From Blepharisma stoltei ATCC 30299 (Eukaryota; Protista; Ciliophora), in contig CBFDEM010000058.1 in the NCBI GenBank assembly GCA_965603825.1, positions 744,001 to 808,000 on the forward strand: a stretch of 64,000 bases of DNA, in the 5' to 3' direction. A program made the position numbers and the translations under genes. Under the pieces are notes generated by a model. That model did not search any database, was not told the DNA's origin, and was given only the letters and a program-made list of their open reading frames with translations. Positions 1-12,375 of the stretch are shown here, one piece after another (the stretch's first letter is position 1; every line of letters begins with the position of its first letter).

Positions 1-77
1 TTGACGAATTCTCTAGAGAGAAGATGGAACTCACTAAGAGAGAACTTATTGAAGAAAGAGACGAAGCTCTTAGTTAA
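1..77 (+). CDS. 3' end of a gene entering from the left edge (partial)
   Basis: Purine-rich coding-like frame ...DEFSREKMELTKRELIEERDEALS ending TAA at 75-77. An alternative frame is also open, so the frame is uncertain. Confidence 0.4.
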   Translation, partial: DEFSREKMELTKRELIEERDEALS

Positions 78-118
78 ATCTAATTAAGGACGGACTTATA
101 TAAGAATTACCATAATTC

Positions 119-1672
119 CTAAATTAAAAGGTTAAACTGACTATCACTCGCTCTCAGCTGCTTTTCCATATAAAGCGCTTGTAGAGCTAACATCTGCTTC
201 ATCACCACGTCTAGCTTGCAGACTGCAAGCTCACTAAGATTGACAATATTCCTATTGACTACGTCTGCTGTGACTTCTCGTTGTGAAGGCATCAATAAGT
301 ACCCTAAAACGCTTTCTTCTGGCTTGTTATAGCATAAAAGTCCTATGATTTCCCAGACAAAAACAGATAAATCGACGTCTTTTCGGCAAAAAACAGTTTT
401 TTCTCGGAAACTTGCGAGATATCTTTTGGCATAGTCTAAAGCGGTGTATGGCTCGCCTTTTTTAATTATTTCGATAAATTCTTGGACGTGGAGGCTTATA
501 ATGCATTCTTCATTGGACTCAAGAGCAGGGTAGTTCATTACGATAAGGTCTCTGGCTTCTCTGATTAGGCCTTGCATTATTAATTGACGGATTTCTGAGC
601 GGATTTTGGTTTCTTCTAAGTTCTCGAGGGGGGGTTCAGGAATCTCAGGCTCTTCTATGACTGTTTCGTTGTTTTTCATGTAGAGGCTTGACAAGTCTAT
701 GCTGTTGCAACGGTCAAAGCTAAAAGTATCAGACATAGAATTTTGACGAGACCCAAATGGACTGGTTAGAGGGACTTTTATAGGGCTGACTGGCTCGACG
801 TTTTGCATTATTTGACGTAAGCACTCTTCACAGATTTTTTGGGCTTTTTCACATTTTTCACATTCAGGGTTTATATCAATTGATCCAACTTTTTCTGAAA
901 CCCTCCCTGAGTAACTTCTCTGTTTGCTTAAAGAAACTGGTTCAGCTGCTGGTAGTTTTGGGTTTAAATTGGGGAAATTTAGCAGGGTTTGGTAGTAGCC
1001 ATTGTATTTCAAATAATCGTGCACGAGCTCATGCAATTCAGAGCTTGATATATTTTCAGATAAAACCTCGTTGTCTATTCTTGTCGCTTCTTTTACAGAC
1101 AAAGAGTCTACATCATAAGTAAAAGGCCCTGAAAAATTAAATGTGACAGATTCTTGTGGGGTCAACAACGCCACAGCAGGATAATACTCAATAGGCTCAA
1201 TCCCTTTAAACGCACTACCTAAAAATACCCCATTTTTGGTAAAAAAAATTTCTTGTGTGTCGAAAATAATTCCACATCCGATAACGTCGCCGCTGGCGAA
1301 TTTTTGGCAGAAATCTCGACCTTGGGTTGAATTATGATACACTTTTCCGTCAGCTTTTATTCCGTAGGATCGCTTTGAGGCTCCTGGATATTTACTGAGT
1401 TGAAAAGATTCGTCTATTAGACCGACATAAAGAGTAGGTCTTTGAAGAGTAATATTTATTTTCACTTCAAAATAGTAAACTGGAGAGGTGGGGGAAAGAG
1501 GTCGAATAGAATGGCTGCCCCTCACACACTATATAAGGCTTACAGCTATGTCTGCTAAATTTTGGCCTTTTCCTGTGTAAGTCACTGTCAGCCTGTCTTG
1601 GTGGATTTTTACATTTGAGCTGTTTTGAAGGTGAAGGCATGGGAGCTCTTCAGATTTGTTAGGTTGATGCAT
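119..1672 (-). CDS. RanBP9/RanBP10-like SPRY-LisH-CTLH protein (GID/CTLH complex); 2 exons
   Basis: SPRY motifs (YYFEVKI, GDVIGCGI, IFFTKNG, YPAVAL), LisH (LHELVHDYLKYNGYYQTL) and CTLH (IRQLIMQG...LHVQEFIEII). Splicing intron 1529-1543 joins a 43-codon exon from ATG 1672 (…DRLTVTYTGKG…). Confidence 0.88.
1529..1543 (-). other. 15-nt spliceosomal intron GTAAGCCTTATATAG
   Basis: GT-AG with A at position 10. Removal deletes an in-frame TAG and restores the SPRY N-terminus. Confidence 0.9.
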
Positions 1673-2070
1673 TTGGAAAAACATTTTAGATTTGTAATTA
1701 TTATATTAATGTGATATTTAATGAAGCTTTATATAAGAAATAGGGATCTCTACAATTAAAAATCTTTTAAATTATGAAAATTATAGGTAATCACACTAAA
1801 ATTATCCAAAATTTTATTTTTGTTATTTTTTGCTAAAATAATTCAAATTTCTTTATAATTCCAGTTAATTAGCCTTATATTTTAAATCTAGACTTACGGA
1901 TTTTAAATTAATAAAATTTTTTAAAAATTAAACAATTGAGATCAGATCATAATGAAGGATTTCGGAAAAATGAAAATATCAGTAATAAATAGTAACTTAT
2001 CCCTATTATAATCTAAAAAATAAGTATAAATTAGTTTTTATAGTAAAACATAAGCAAAAATAGTGTAGAT

Positions 2071-2997
2071 CTAATTAGTTTGGTGTTTACTGCTAGCTAG
2101 TCCTTTCCAAGCTGAGAAAATCATTCTCATCACCATATTTCCTGTAAACCCATTACTTCTAACTTTTGTTATATAATTTCTATGTTTTCTCAAAGAAGTC
2201 AAGCACGGCTCTTTGCTAGCTTTTGGCTTTAAATTTTCATTTTTCTTAAAATCTTCTCTGAACTTAAAGAACAGTTTTTCAATATTTTTCTTTTTAAGAT
2301 CGGGCTTCAAATCTACTGATCTTCTGAGATCTCTATGTGAGTATCTATCCGATTCTAATGGAATTAAGGTAGATCCTCCTCCAAATCTAGGGCTTTGAAG
2401 CACATAAGTTCCTCCTGAAAGCGTTCTATAATGTTTTTTATCATTATTAATATTAGTCCGCACTATCTCTTTTTTAAAAAATTGTTTTTGTGAATACGAA
2501 TGTAAGTACCCTTTATTATTGTGTCTATTATCTTCAAACTCAAATCCTGAAGTATCGCATAACAACGGTGTATTTCCTCTAGAATGCTTTTGTAATGTAA
2601 TAATTACATTATATATTTCTTTACTAGAGCTGGCAATTTTAAGGAATAGGTTTCTAAGCGCTTCTGTTAAAGATAATCCATGATACGCAGCAATCGCTAT
2701 ATATTTCAAGCTTTGCTCGAAATTTTGATAAGTAAGCGAGCTACGGGAATTCTGATATTGTGTAACACGGGTGACCACGCGCTTTATATCAAGCATTGAT
2801 ATAAGGTCCTAGGTTAAAATTACAGGAAAAATCTGCGTGTGCTTGCAAAATTTGCAAAACTCTGAAAAAGATATTTTGTTGTCCTGAGGGCTGTGCTGAG
2901 AAAAGATTGACTTTAAATTAGAACGATTCGCGACAAATAAAGCTTCCGGATCTGCAGAGTAAGAGGGGTCATGGATATTTGACTTGGAAAGATGCAT
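2071..2997 (-). CDS. Hypothetical protein with N-terminal EF-hand/p25-like helical region; 2 exons
   Basis: ORFs 2809-2997 and 2071-2796 join in frame via intron 2809-2823 (…QIFP|DLISMLDIK…). Confidence 0.7.
2809..2823 (-). other. 15-nt intron GTAATTTTAACCTAG
   Basis: GT-AG, A at position 10, contains the in-frame TAG. Confidence 0.85.
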
Positions 2998-3294
2998 TTT
3001 TATATTTTAGAAGTTGGAGTTTTACGAGCAAAGAAAAATAAACTAAAGTAATTTTTAAAGGTTTATGGCTTCATTTTAATTCAATTTGATTATATGAAAT
3101 AATGATTACTGAAAGGAAAACCATTAATGTTATTAGAATTCAGTAGCTTTGCTGCTTTATTATTTTTCCTAATTTTATCATATTTTCCAACTAAAATATA
3201 AAAAATTCCTCTAAATTACAAAATCCTGCATCCTTTACAATATCCTATCAAAACTGAGGTTATTTAAATTTGAATATACTTACCTAATAATTTA

Positions 3295-4860
3295 ATGGCC
3301 TTAAGGGTTGATACTGAAAGAAGACTAGCTGAATTTTTCTCAACAGCCGCTAGCGGTGAGCTTGAAGTTGAAAACGCCCGCATCGCTCTCTCAGAGAACC
3401 GTGACTTTGATCCTTATTCAGCCTTTAAAGTCCTTGACCGGTTTTCCAATGGTTATCTCAACTACATAGACATCAAAACTTTCCTCGAGAACAATCGCAT
3501 TTTTGTCTCTTCCCAAGAAATCGATATGCTTATCAGCCAATATGACTCAGACTCAGATGGACGCTTAGTTTTGAGTGATTTTCATCAACTTACCCTCCCT
3601 TCAACCAATCTAGTTATACGTGACATTGCCTTAAACCGCTCAGGTATTTTACGGTTATCGGTAGATGTCGAGTTTCTACTAGTCAGGCTTCTTGATAAAG
3701 AAATTAGTTTGCAAAGGAGACTAGAAGCAATCCGCAAGGACCTTGAGCTCTTTCCAGAATTTTCTATTATCAAGGCATTCGACACAATTGACTACCCTTC
3801 ATCAGGATTTGTAACAAGGGACAAAATTGCAGATTTTTTGAGGAAAAATCTGATAAGTGCTTTTAGTGATGATATTGATGCGATTTTGAGGAGATTTGAT
3901 GTAGATAGTGATGAGAGACTGAGCTACAGCGAGTTTTCTGATGCAGTAAAAGCGACAACACTTACAAGCTATACGAGGTCACCAATTAGAGAGTCACCTT
4001 CTAGGTCTAGGAGACATTCATCACCGCTAAGAAGGTCTCAAAGCCCTACTAGAAGCCCAAATAGATCAATAGATTCTTCAAGATTTGACGCTTCTATTAC
4101 CAGAAGTCCTGGAAGATCTCAGTTATTAACAAGCTCTAATGGCTTTGATAGGTCTTTAAGATCTCCTTCAGGAATTCCAGAAGAATCAGAAATCGTAGGT
4201 GTTTTCAGGCAGCAAATTGATTTAGATAGAGATTTGGAATCTGCAAGAAGAGATTTAGCGCTATGCCCTGATTTCACGCTGATTGATGCTTTTAATTTGT
4301 TTGATTTGAATAATGTTGGCTATGTCACCCAGCTTGAGTTTGAAGATACTTTGAGATCACTTAGAGTTTATCCGATAAAAGATGAGGTCTCATTACTCTT
4401 TAAGCACTATTCTTATGTTGAGAGAAGACTGACATTTACCGATTTCTGCAAAATTGTTACCACTAAAGATCTAGAATATGCAAGACTTATTAATAACAGA
4501 ATCCCACAAAACCTACCGAGATATGAACGACAAAGGACTTTCAGCCTAAGCACAGAAAACTTGTTATCAAGGGTCATGAAATTAAACTTGGAAAATGAAA
4601 CTGTGGCTGAAAGCCTAAGGCAAAAGCTAGAAAGAAGGCCTTTATTCAGTAAAACTGATGCATTCCAATCTGTAGACAGGGATAGAAATGGCTATATCAC
4701 GTTCAATGAATTTGAAAACTTGCTGCAGGATTATGGGATTTATGTGTCAAGAAAAGACGTGGAAAACTTGATGGAGAGATACGATAAAGATAAGGACGGA
4801 AGAGTGTCATATTCAGAGTTCTTGAATGAGGTTACTCCAAAATCTCCTAGAAAATACTAA
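3295..4860 (+). CDS. Multi-EF-hand calcium-binding protein with two homologous halves and an RS/SP-rich linker
   Basis: EF loops DSDSDGRLVLSDF, DVDSDERLSYSEF, DRDRNGYITFNEF, DKDKDGRVSYSEF. Confidence 0.9.
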   Translation: MALRVDTERRLAEFFSTAASGELEVENARIALSENRDFDPYSAFKVLDRFSNGYLNYIDIKTFLENNRIFVSSQEIDMLISQYDSDSDGRLVLSDFHQLTLPSTNLVIRDIALNRSGILRLSVDVEFLLVRLLDKEISLQRRLEAIRKDLELFPEFSIIKAFDTIDYPSSGFVTRDKIADFLRKNLISAFSDDIDAILRRFDVDSDERLSYSEFSDAVKATTLTSYTRSPIRESPSRSRRHSSPLRRSQSPTRSPNRSIDSSRFDASITRSPGRSQLLTSSNGFDRSLRSPSGIPEESEIVGVFRQQIDLDRDLESARRDLALCPDFTLIDAFNLFDLNNVGYVTQLEFEDTLRSLRVYPIKDEVSLLFKHYSYVERRLTFTDFCKIVTTKDLEYARLINNRIPQNLPRYERQRTFSLSTENLLSRVMKLNLENETVAESLRQKLERRPLFSKTDAFQSVDRDRNGYITFNEFENLLQDYGIYVSRKDVENLMERYDKDKDGRVSYSEFLNEVTPKSPRKY

Positions 4861-5058
4861 GTTAATTACCCTAAATTTCTCTAAATAAATCTCGTCATAT
4901 TATGAATTTGTCAATGATTTTATAAATCAAATATTTAAAAATCTTTTCATATTCCAATACTCCTGGTGTTTATTTATATTCCTTTATCTACTTACTTCTA
5001 ATCATCTCCACAGCAGTTTCATCCCTTTCTGTTCAAATTTCCATATTTTGTCTAAAAT

Positions 5059-5322
5059 ATGATTCACATAACTCAAGAAAGGCAACAAGAAGCCAAGCTA
5101 AAATTTATTACTGATAAAGAAGAAGAGTTAAAATCAATGCTGGAAAACACAAGAAACATATATAATCAGCATATTGATAAACTAAGAATTCCATCAGAAA
5201 TAAAGGAAAAATATTTCAGGAAAAAGTCTGACATAAACCCTCCTGATCTTGAGCTGGTTTTTGACCCTGAAATAGGGGGTGGGATAATAAGAGAATCCCA
5301 AAATGTGCCCAGATTCTTTTAA
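5059..5322 (+). CDS. Small hypothetical protein (87 aa)
   Basis: ATG-TAA ORF with coding-like composition. No recognisable domain. Confidence 0.5.
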   Translation: MIHITQERQQEAKLKFITDKEEELKSMLENTRNIYNQHIDKLRIPSEIKEKYFRKKSDINPPDLELVFDPEIGGGIIRESQNVPRFF

Positions 5323-5417
5323 TTTAATTATTAATTAAGCTGTCTTCCTATTAAACAACAGATTATTTTTATCGAAAATTTAATGCCGTGTAAATCAGTA
5401 ACCTAAAATTATCAATC

Positions 5418-7715
5418 TTAATCAAGCCTATCTTCGCTCAAATGCACCCGCTTTGGGTTACAATTTGGACAATAAAACACCTCAGGAACTTGCATATATT
5501 TAAATTTCATACATTCATAGTGAAACCAGTCATTGCATTGCTCGCATTCCACCATGCCTGTATATCATTGTCTTTTTTCGAATTCTTCCTCAGTCTCAGT
5601 AGCTCTTTTATATGTTTTTTCCACAAAAGGCTTCTTACAAATACAATAAGTTTCCTCAGTAATTAGGTCTTCGAGGATAGGGGCTTCAATTATAGACTGG
5701 ACGAATTTTAATTCTTTTTTGGCTTTTTCTTTTTCTCTTTCTAGTCTTAAGATGATTTTCTTTTGTTTTTTGATTTTTCCTTTGGGTACGTAGACGGTTG
5801 GCTGGAGATTTAAAATTGCAAGCTCTTTTTTAATTATGGGCGCGATGAGGGCTTTATAAAATGTGTAGCATTCTAATGGTTTTCGGCCTGAAACTGTGAT
5901 ATTATATTTTAAAATAGCCTGAGGGTCAAGTGTATTATATATAAGTGGTCTTTTTATATCAACAAAGCTTCGTAAAGCATTTGATGAATTTTTTGATTTG
6001 ACTATAAATGCAAAGTTATTATTTTCGTGTTTCAAAAGATAATCAAGCTTATCTTCCATGGCTTTTATTAACTGGAATTTTTCTAAGCTTGAAAATGGCC
6101 TATCCTCTTTTCTCTGTTTTTTTGGCTTCGGCGGGGTATTTTTTGTATTTTTTTTCTTTTTTGACACTTTTTCTAATATTTTTGCAAAACTGATGATATC
6201 AAGGACACTTTTTTTTTCTCTGTTTTCTAAGACCCTCCTAAGCTTTAAGGGCTTATGCATTGTACAATATAAGCTAACTTCATCATATCCAGACTTATCC
6301 CGAGTATTTGTAAATAAATCTTTAGCGCATTCAGGGTGAAATGCAGCTTGGCATCTACCATGCTGGCATTGTAAACAGGCCCCTTCTTTGCTTCCACATT
6401 TTTGGCATCTTAGGCTGAATCTTTTCATGTCAATTTTTGTTAAATCGATTCCTGTGACATTTATTTTATCGGTAATTGTAGCAGATTCTATATGTAAAGC
6501 GCAGAAAACGTGGACTCATACTTTTTCAGGGTTTCCTTTGTATTCGTAATTGGGGAAGGTTAAGTCTTTTGAAGTTTCGTGGATCGTTAATTTTAAGGCT
6601 CCACCAACTACTGAGCATAAGGCGCATTTTAAATTATGCCTTTCATCAAGGCTATTAGTTTTTTCGCAGGCTTGGCAGTATCAATCATGATCAGGGACTG
6701 TAGGAATTCCATAACATTTCATATGAGCACCCATCTCACATTTGGAACAAATTACAATTAAATCATCATCTTCATAGTCGCCATCTCCACAAACCCCACA
6801 CACTCAATCTTCTTCACATTTTGGAGGGCCTCGAAGCCCACTTTGTCGCTTCTCAGATAAAGAAAAATCAGTTTCTCCTCTTCCTTTGCTTTCAAAATAT
6901 TTTAAATATTCTTCGTAGTGTCCTCTTCAGCTTAATTTTTTAATTTCGCCTAAAATTAGATCATCTTCTTTATTGTGTGTGATTTTTTTCATATTTATTT
7001 CAGGTATTTCTAACGTATTTTTATTTATTTCAGGCTTAATAATCTCATTGAATATGTTTTCATTGTAGGCAGCTTGTTCTTCGAGTTTTTTGTTATACTT
7101 TTCAATTAAAAAATCAACGTCCCCATTTGAAAACCCAAGATCTTCCTTTTTTTCTTTAACACAAAAGTTAGGTAGATTTGTTATTGTATAAGTACTTGGG
7201 AAATATTGGACGTTAATTATGTATCACAGAATTTGTCCTGTATATACACTTTGAGATTTAAAATCATCAATTGTTTCTTTAATAACTTTTACTGATTCAG
7301 GATCTTGGCTTGCTTTGTGACAAGCTTGTCTAGTTTGCCATAATCGTTGGTATTCTCTCTTTTTTCGGCCATTTGGAAGATGAATGTCACATTTAGGGTC
7401 TTCTAAGTTAAATGAATGATGAAGTGTTCAGCTCATGCATCACGGATGAACAACCCTTGAGCACCCATAAGATCTGCAATGCAAAGTCATCCCAGATAGC
7501 CCACAAATTATACAAGCTCTATTTTCTCTGCAAGAAGAATGGGCCAAAGATCCACTTGGAAGCTTAATTAATGGATTTGTCCCCTTTTCACAAAAGATGC
7601 AGACTTGCCGAGAACTTTGGTTTTCACAGTGGAGCTTAATTGGCTCGTCAGCTGGAGTGTCACTAGATTCCTCATAAAGAGTTGCCGCGCTATACAACAT
7701 TATAAAATCCCCCAT
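5418..7715 (-). CDS. Multi-PHD chromatin reader (N-terminal ePHD-like, PZP module, C-terminal PHD; BRPF/JADE-like PZP), about 765 aa
   Basis: One frame when TGA=Trp (TGA at 5565, 6516, 6681, 6804, 6927, 7224, 7428, 7440). Motifs WVCGVCGDGD...ICSKC...HMKCYGIP...DWYCQAC, VWVHVFCAL, CQKC...GACLQC...CQAAFHPECA and YCICKKP...MVECEQCNDWFHYECM...FYCPNC. Confidence 0.9.
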
Positions 7716-8047
7716 ATGAACTGATCAAAATTTGGATTGGCTCAGGCAACAATGGAAAAGGATCTATTTAGAGATAAAGACTTATCAGAATTAAAGAAAT
7801 TAGAAAATTATTTTGAAAAATCGAAAAGTTTTGGAAAATAAAGATACACTGAAGCTCTCATATTAAATTGGATAAAGAGATAGAGTTTACCTAATAAAGT
7901 AGGAAACAAAGTTAATTTGAAAAAAATTAGAGATAATGCTATTTTCTATGTAAAATTTTAAGATCATAATTATGATTTACCTGATCTGTTTAAAGCTTGA
8001 AAAGGATATTTACTGATTAACTCAGCCTTTATTATATTAAAATTCTG

Positions 8048-8875
8048 CTATTTTATTTTATAAAACTCTTTGAAATGCTCAAGCCATTCTTCAGAAATTT
8101 CAGGGATAGTGTCGTCTAATTTTGCAAGTTTCGCTGCTTTTTCTTTAATTGCTTTAGTTTTGTTTTGAATGCTGTCTCTATGCAAATTATATCAGCCATT
8201 TAAGGACTCATCAATATCTCTAAAGAATTTATTGCTTTGTCCTTTTTTGTTTGCCATATATAGGTGTTCTACATGTGATGCTTGGAACAATTCTTTTTTA
8301 ATTTTGTCCCTTCATCTCATTAAGTTTACTGCAGGAATAGAAAGCTCTCTGGCTGCTTCTGATTGGTTTTGATGCCTTACAAATTCTCTTACAGCTTGGA
8401 TTTTCTGAGCTGTGGTGTATTTGCTAACAATTCTCTTTTCTTCTTTTTTCTTCTGAATTTTCCTTGGTTTTGGGGTAAATTCTTCGCCCTCTAAATGCTT
8501 ATCTTTAGTTTGGGTGCGGATTTCTTTGTATTCTTTGAATGAGTTTGGGTTAATTTGTGCATTAAAATCGACCATCTCTAAAGAATCCTTGTCAACAATT
8601 GAGATATAATCCCTTATAAGGGATTTAATGGTATCTTCACTAATGCCCCAATATCGGCTGGCTCCTTTTGAGCCTTTTCTTATACATGTTTCAATTATCA
8701 TTTCTCTTGCTTTTTCAAATAGTGGGAGATCTTCAAATTGCAAGGTGCTGATCCATCGCTCAACTTCATCAGGCGAAACTAAAAACTTGTCACAAGCTTT
8801 AGGTATACCATTGATGACGGCATATCTCGCAATTTGGCTTTGTTTTTTTGAAGTTGAATGAGGCTCGTCACTCAT
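8048..8875 (-). CDS. CENP-B/pogo-type helix-turn-helix DNA-binding protein without DDE domain (275 aa)
   Basis: With TGA=Trp (8312, 8192): KYTTAQKIQAV...QSEAARELSIPAVNLMRW (psq/Brinker-like HTH), then IDESLNGWYNLHR...IKEKAAKLA...ISEEWLEHFKE (CENP-B/Tc5 HTH pattern). Stops at TAG 8048. Confidence 0.75.
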
Positions 8876-8960
8876 TTTTAGTGATTTATTATAAGGCAAT
8901 CCTATAAATATCAGCCTTTATCATAAATTTTAATTGAGCTAAAAATTCTATTATGCTGAT

Positions 8961-9923
8961 TTAATGCTTGGCTTTTTTAAATAATTTTCTTACCTTGGTA
9001 ATTTTTTCGCCTTTGTGTGGTTTATTTTTGCTGATTTTTGTCCTTTGTGCCAAATAGTTGACTTTTACTTCATTTCCATCAAGTTTTCTCCCATCTAATT
9101 CAACGGCTTCATCTGTGGCTTTTACTTGGTAAAACTCCACAAAGGCAAATCCTTTTCTATTTCCTTCTGTGTCCAAAGGAATTTGTATGTCTTTTACGTC
9201 ACCACAGTCCTTGAAAAAGTTTTTTATTGACTCTTCAGTGGTTTTATTAGAAATATTTCCAAGGTAAACTGAAGCTTTTTTGCTGATGGGCTTTTTAGGA
9301 ATATTTGATAATCCTTGGGACATGCTGATTCTTATGGGTCTTCCGAGAAGATTTTGACCACTTTTTTTAATGGCTTCTTTGCATTCTTCAAGAGTCTCGA
9401 ATTTTACGATTGCAACACCTTTGGTTGGGATACTGATTTTTTTGATTTTTCCACAGGTGGATAAAAAATCACTGATATCATTTGGCTTTGCTTCAAAAGA
9501 AAGACCTCCAATGACAATGTCTGGATCTTCAACTTTTTTTGGCGGGGCTGGCTTTTTGGTGGCATCTGGCTTATTTTTCTTTTTAGGAGGCTCAGCTTCG
9601 TTTTTGGATTTTCTCTTTTTTGGGAGCTCAACTTCTGGCTCTATTTTTGCTTTGGTTTTTGGAGAGTTTTTTGCTTTTTTCTTTGTATCAACTTCTTGCT
9701 CAGGCTCTTTTTTGTCTTCCTCTATAGGTTCTTTTAATTTTTTCTGATTTCTAAGTGATCTGGATTTAGGCTTTTCTATTGTTTCTTCTTTCTCTATATT
9801 TTTAGATTCCACTACTTCACTCTTTTCTTCTTTTTTGAGTGGTTCTTTATCTTTTTTGTGTAATTTCCTTTCTTTAACTTCTGATTTCCCAGCAACTTTT
9901 TTGCTTCTTTCTTTGTCTTTCAT
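8961..9923 (-). CDS. Lys/Glu-rich two-RRM RNA-binding protein (nucleolin/Nsr1-like RRMs)
   Basis: RNP motifs IVIGGLSF...KGVAIVKF and VYLGNIS...KGFAFVEF. Confidence 0.85.
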   Translation of the reverse strand: MKDKERSKKVAGKSEVKERKLHKKDKEPLKKEEKSEVVESKNIEKEETIEKPKSRSLRNQKKLKEPIEEDKKEPEQEVDTKKKAKNSPKTKAKIEPEVELPKKRKSKNEAEPPKKKNKPDATKKPAPPKKVEDPDIVIGGLSFEAKPNDISDFLSTCGKIKKISIPTKGVAIVKFETLEECKEAIKKSGQNLLGRPIRISMSQGLSNIPKKPISKKASVYLGNISNKTTEESIKNFFKDCGDVKDIQIPLDTEGNRKGFAFVEFYQVKATDEAVELDGRKLDGNEVKVNYLAQRTKISKNKPHKGEKITKVRKLFKKAKH

Positions 9924-9978
9924 TTTTATTATTAAAGTCCCTTAAGAAATTAAGATAATTAATTATACAATATTGAAT

Positions 9979-10350
9979 ATGGTTGTAACTATTTTATCTT
10001 TTCTATCTTTAGCCTTATCTTTAGTATGTCAAGAAAAGCATTGATTTCCAAAACCAGAAATGGTGGATACTTCAGATGGAAACAAAACTCTGGAAGTAAA
10101 ACAAAATACTGTGGATTTTATATTATCAACTGCGTTAAAAGATGCAGATAAGACGATTGTTCAGTATTCGTCAAATCATAATCATAATGAAAAGCAAAAG
10201 GATGAGACTAGTTCTGAAGAAACAGACTCTGCACCAATAAAAAATATTGAAAATGATAAAGGATTAAAGGAAAAAGTCAATGAAGAAAATGAAGATATTA
10301 GAAAGGAAAGCAAACTATCAGAGGTATCTGATACAGAAGATTTAATATAA
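9979..10350 (+). CDS. Small putative secreted acidic protein (123 aa)
   Basis: Reading one TGA as Trp extends ORF 10060 to ATG 9979, giving a signal-peptide-like MVVTILSFLSLALSLVCQ. Confidence 0.6.
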
Positions 10351-10733
10351 AAATATAATTAGTGGTAATTTTTGTTTTAAAAATAGTTTCACAGTGCGAA
10401 TATAATATTTTTTTGTGGTGACTCAAGTGAGTAAAATGGTAGAGTTTATATAATAAAGGCAATTAAATTGCTTTATTTTCAATATGTTTTATAAATGTTT
10501 TCGAGATATTCTACTTTTGAAACAGTATGCTAGATTCAATGAATATCTTATTTAGCTAATAGTTTTCTAAAATAGCAAACTTAGTTCAATTTCTACTTTT
10601 ATTTGCTACTATTAAAGGAGGAGTTAAAATCGCAATTAAAAAGAAAATTCTTTTCTTGATCTCGCTTTCTAAAAATTATTTGATCATAAAATGGTTTAAT
10701 TGATCAAAATTTTAAGCAAAAAAATAATTTAAT

Positions 10734-11993
10734 TTAATTTAATTTTATTTTCGAAACTTTAATTTTTTGCTTCTTTATTGGACTCTTTTTAATATTATCT
10801 GCACTAAAACTTTTCAATAGTCTTCCAGTTTTTTGGGTATTTTTAGATCATATTCTTTTTTCAGTTTCAAAAAGATTTGGCCTTTTTCCTGCAGTTTTTA
10901 TTGGAGATTCTAGTTGTATAATATCATCTTTTACATTGCCATTTTCTGTATTGCTATTATTTGGATTTTTTTCGGAGTTTTTAATGATAGGACTTTTAAT
11001 TTTTTCTTGCCAATTATCGATTTTTACGAGCCCTCCTTTAATGATATTGAACCTTTCCTGGATTTTTTGGAAGTTATTTTCTAATTCCTTGTAGTCTTCA
11101 TCATATTCAGCGTCCATTTGGAAACTATTTGAAGGTTTTATATCAAAAATAGGCTGATGATGTTGCCATCCATGCCACATAGGGCCTTGGGAGCTGTTAT
11201 CTTTCCTCAAAATTTTTCTAAAATGAGCAGGCCCATAACGGATCTGTGTGACATCGACACTACAATAATTTTTTGAGCTAAAGCTAACTGCTTCTTGTTT
11301 AGAGCATCCTTTTTTACGTAAAGTTAAATATGTTAAAGCGGTGTCCACCCTTATCTGCTTCATCCATGGTCTATCTTTTTGGCATATTTCAATGAAAATC
11401 TCGTTCTGAGAAGTATTTAGACGAGGTATCGGGGTCGGGTTTATTCATGCATTTTGCTTAGGACCTATATATCCACCAAAAGTGTCTCAATTCCCTAACT
11501 TTATACTAGTGTCCAAAGTGCTTGAAGACAAATCTGGGAAATTTACTTTCATTCGGGCACCTGAAGAACTTTTAAGCCATCTCATAGTTCCAGGCCTATT
11601 TAAAATTTGGTTTAATCTCCCTTCTCTAACTTTTTCCTTTCTTTGAAAATTATTTTTTTGAAGGATTTCTTTATCTTTTTCTAATCTTAGCCGTTTGACT
11701 TGGACTTTTGCAATTCTTTCTTTAGAATTAGACTTTACTAAACATTGCTTTTCTGTTTTATTACTTATGGAATCATTCTCACATTTATTTTTATTAAAGC
11801 TTGAAAACTCTTTTACCTTAAAATCTGTTTTCTGTCGTCCTTGAGATGCAGTTTTAAATTTTGTAACGAAAGGTGTGATTGATCTATATATCGAGCTGTT
11901 TTCAGCCCTTAAAGATGCGTTCAGAAAGGTTTCATTAAATAAACTTAAGTTCGAGAAGCTTGGATTCGCTGACAGAATGCGGCAATCGCCCAT
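10734..11993 (-). CDS. Hypothetical basic protein (419 aa)
   Basis: ORFs 11487-11993 and 10848-11363 share a frame separated only by TGA codons. First TAA is at 10734-10736. Confidence 0.7.
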
Positions 11994-12375
11994 TTATGAT
12001 TTTTTTATTTATGATGGAAAGTAAAAATAAGTAAAAGTTGCAAATTATCTGGTAATCTAGCCTATATGGACAATAACTAATTTGTTTTAATCCAAAAAAG
12101 CAATTTTAGATTTATAATAGCATCAAATGTTCTTATAATATTATAAAATCAGGGTAGACCAGAAAATGATTTAACTGCATCTAAAAATATTTAAAATGAT
12201 TCTAATTTTAGCAAAGAAATACCTTTACTATTGGGCATCACTATGAAATCTGGCTCAAGATTATTTTTAAATTCATCAGTAATTAAACCTCAAAATATTC
12301 TATCAAATTTAAATATTCCATTTATAAACAAATTCCAATTATTTACCGAAAATATTAATCTCAATTAAGATTTTC

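Noticed and set aside
5418-7715. TGA-interrupted genes as pseudogenes or selenoproteins
   Set aside because: Only TGA interrupts the frames, never TAA/TAG or frameshifts, and it aligns with conserved Trp rather than Cys positions.
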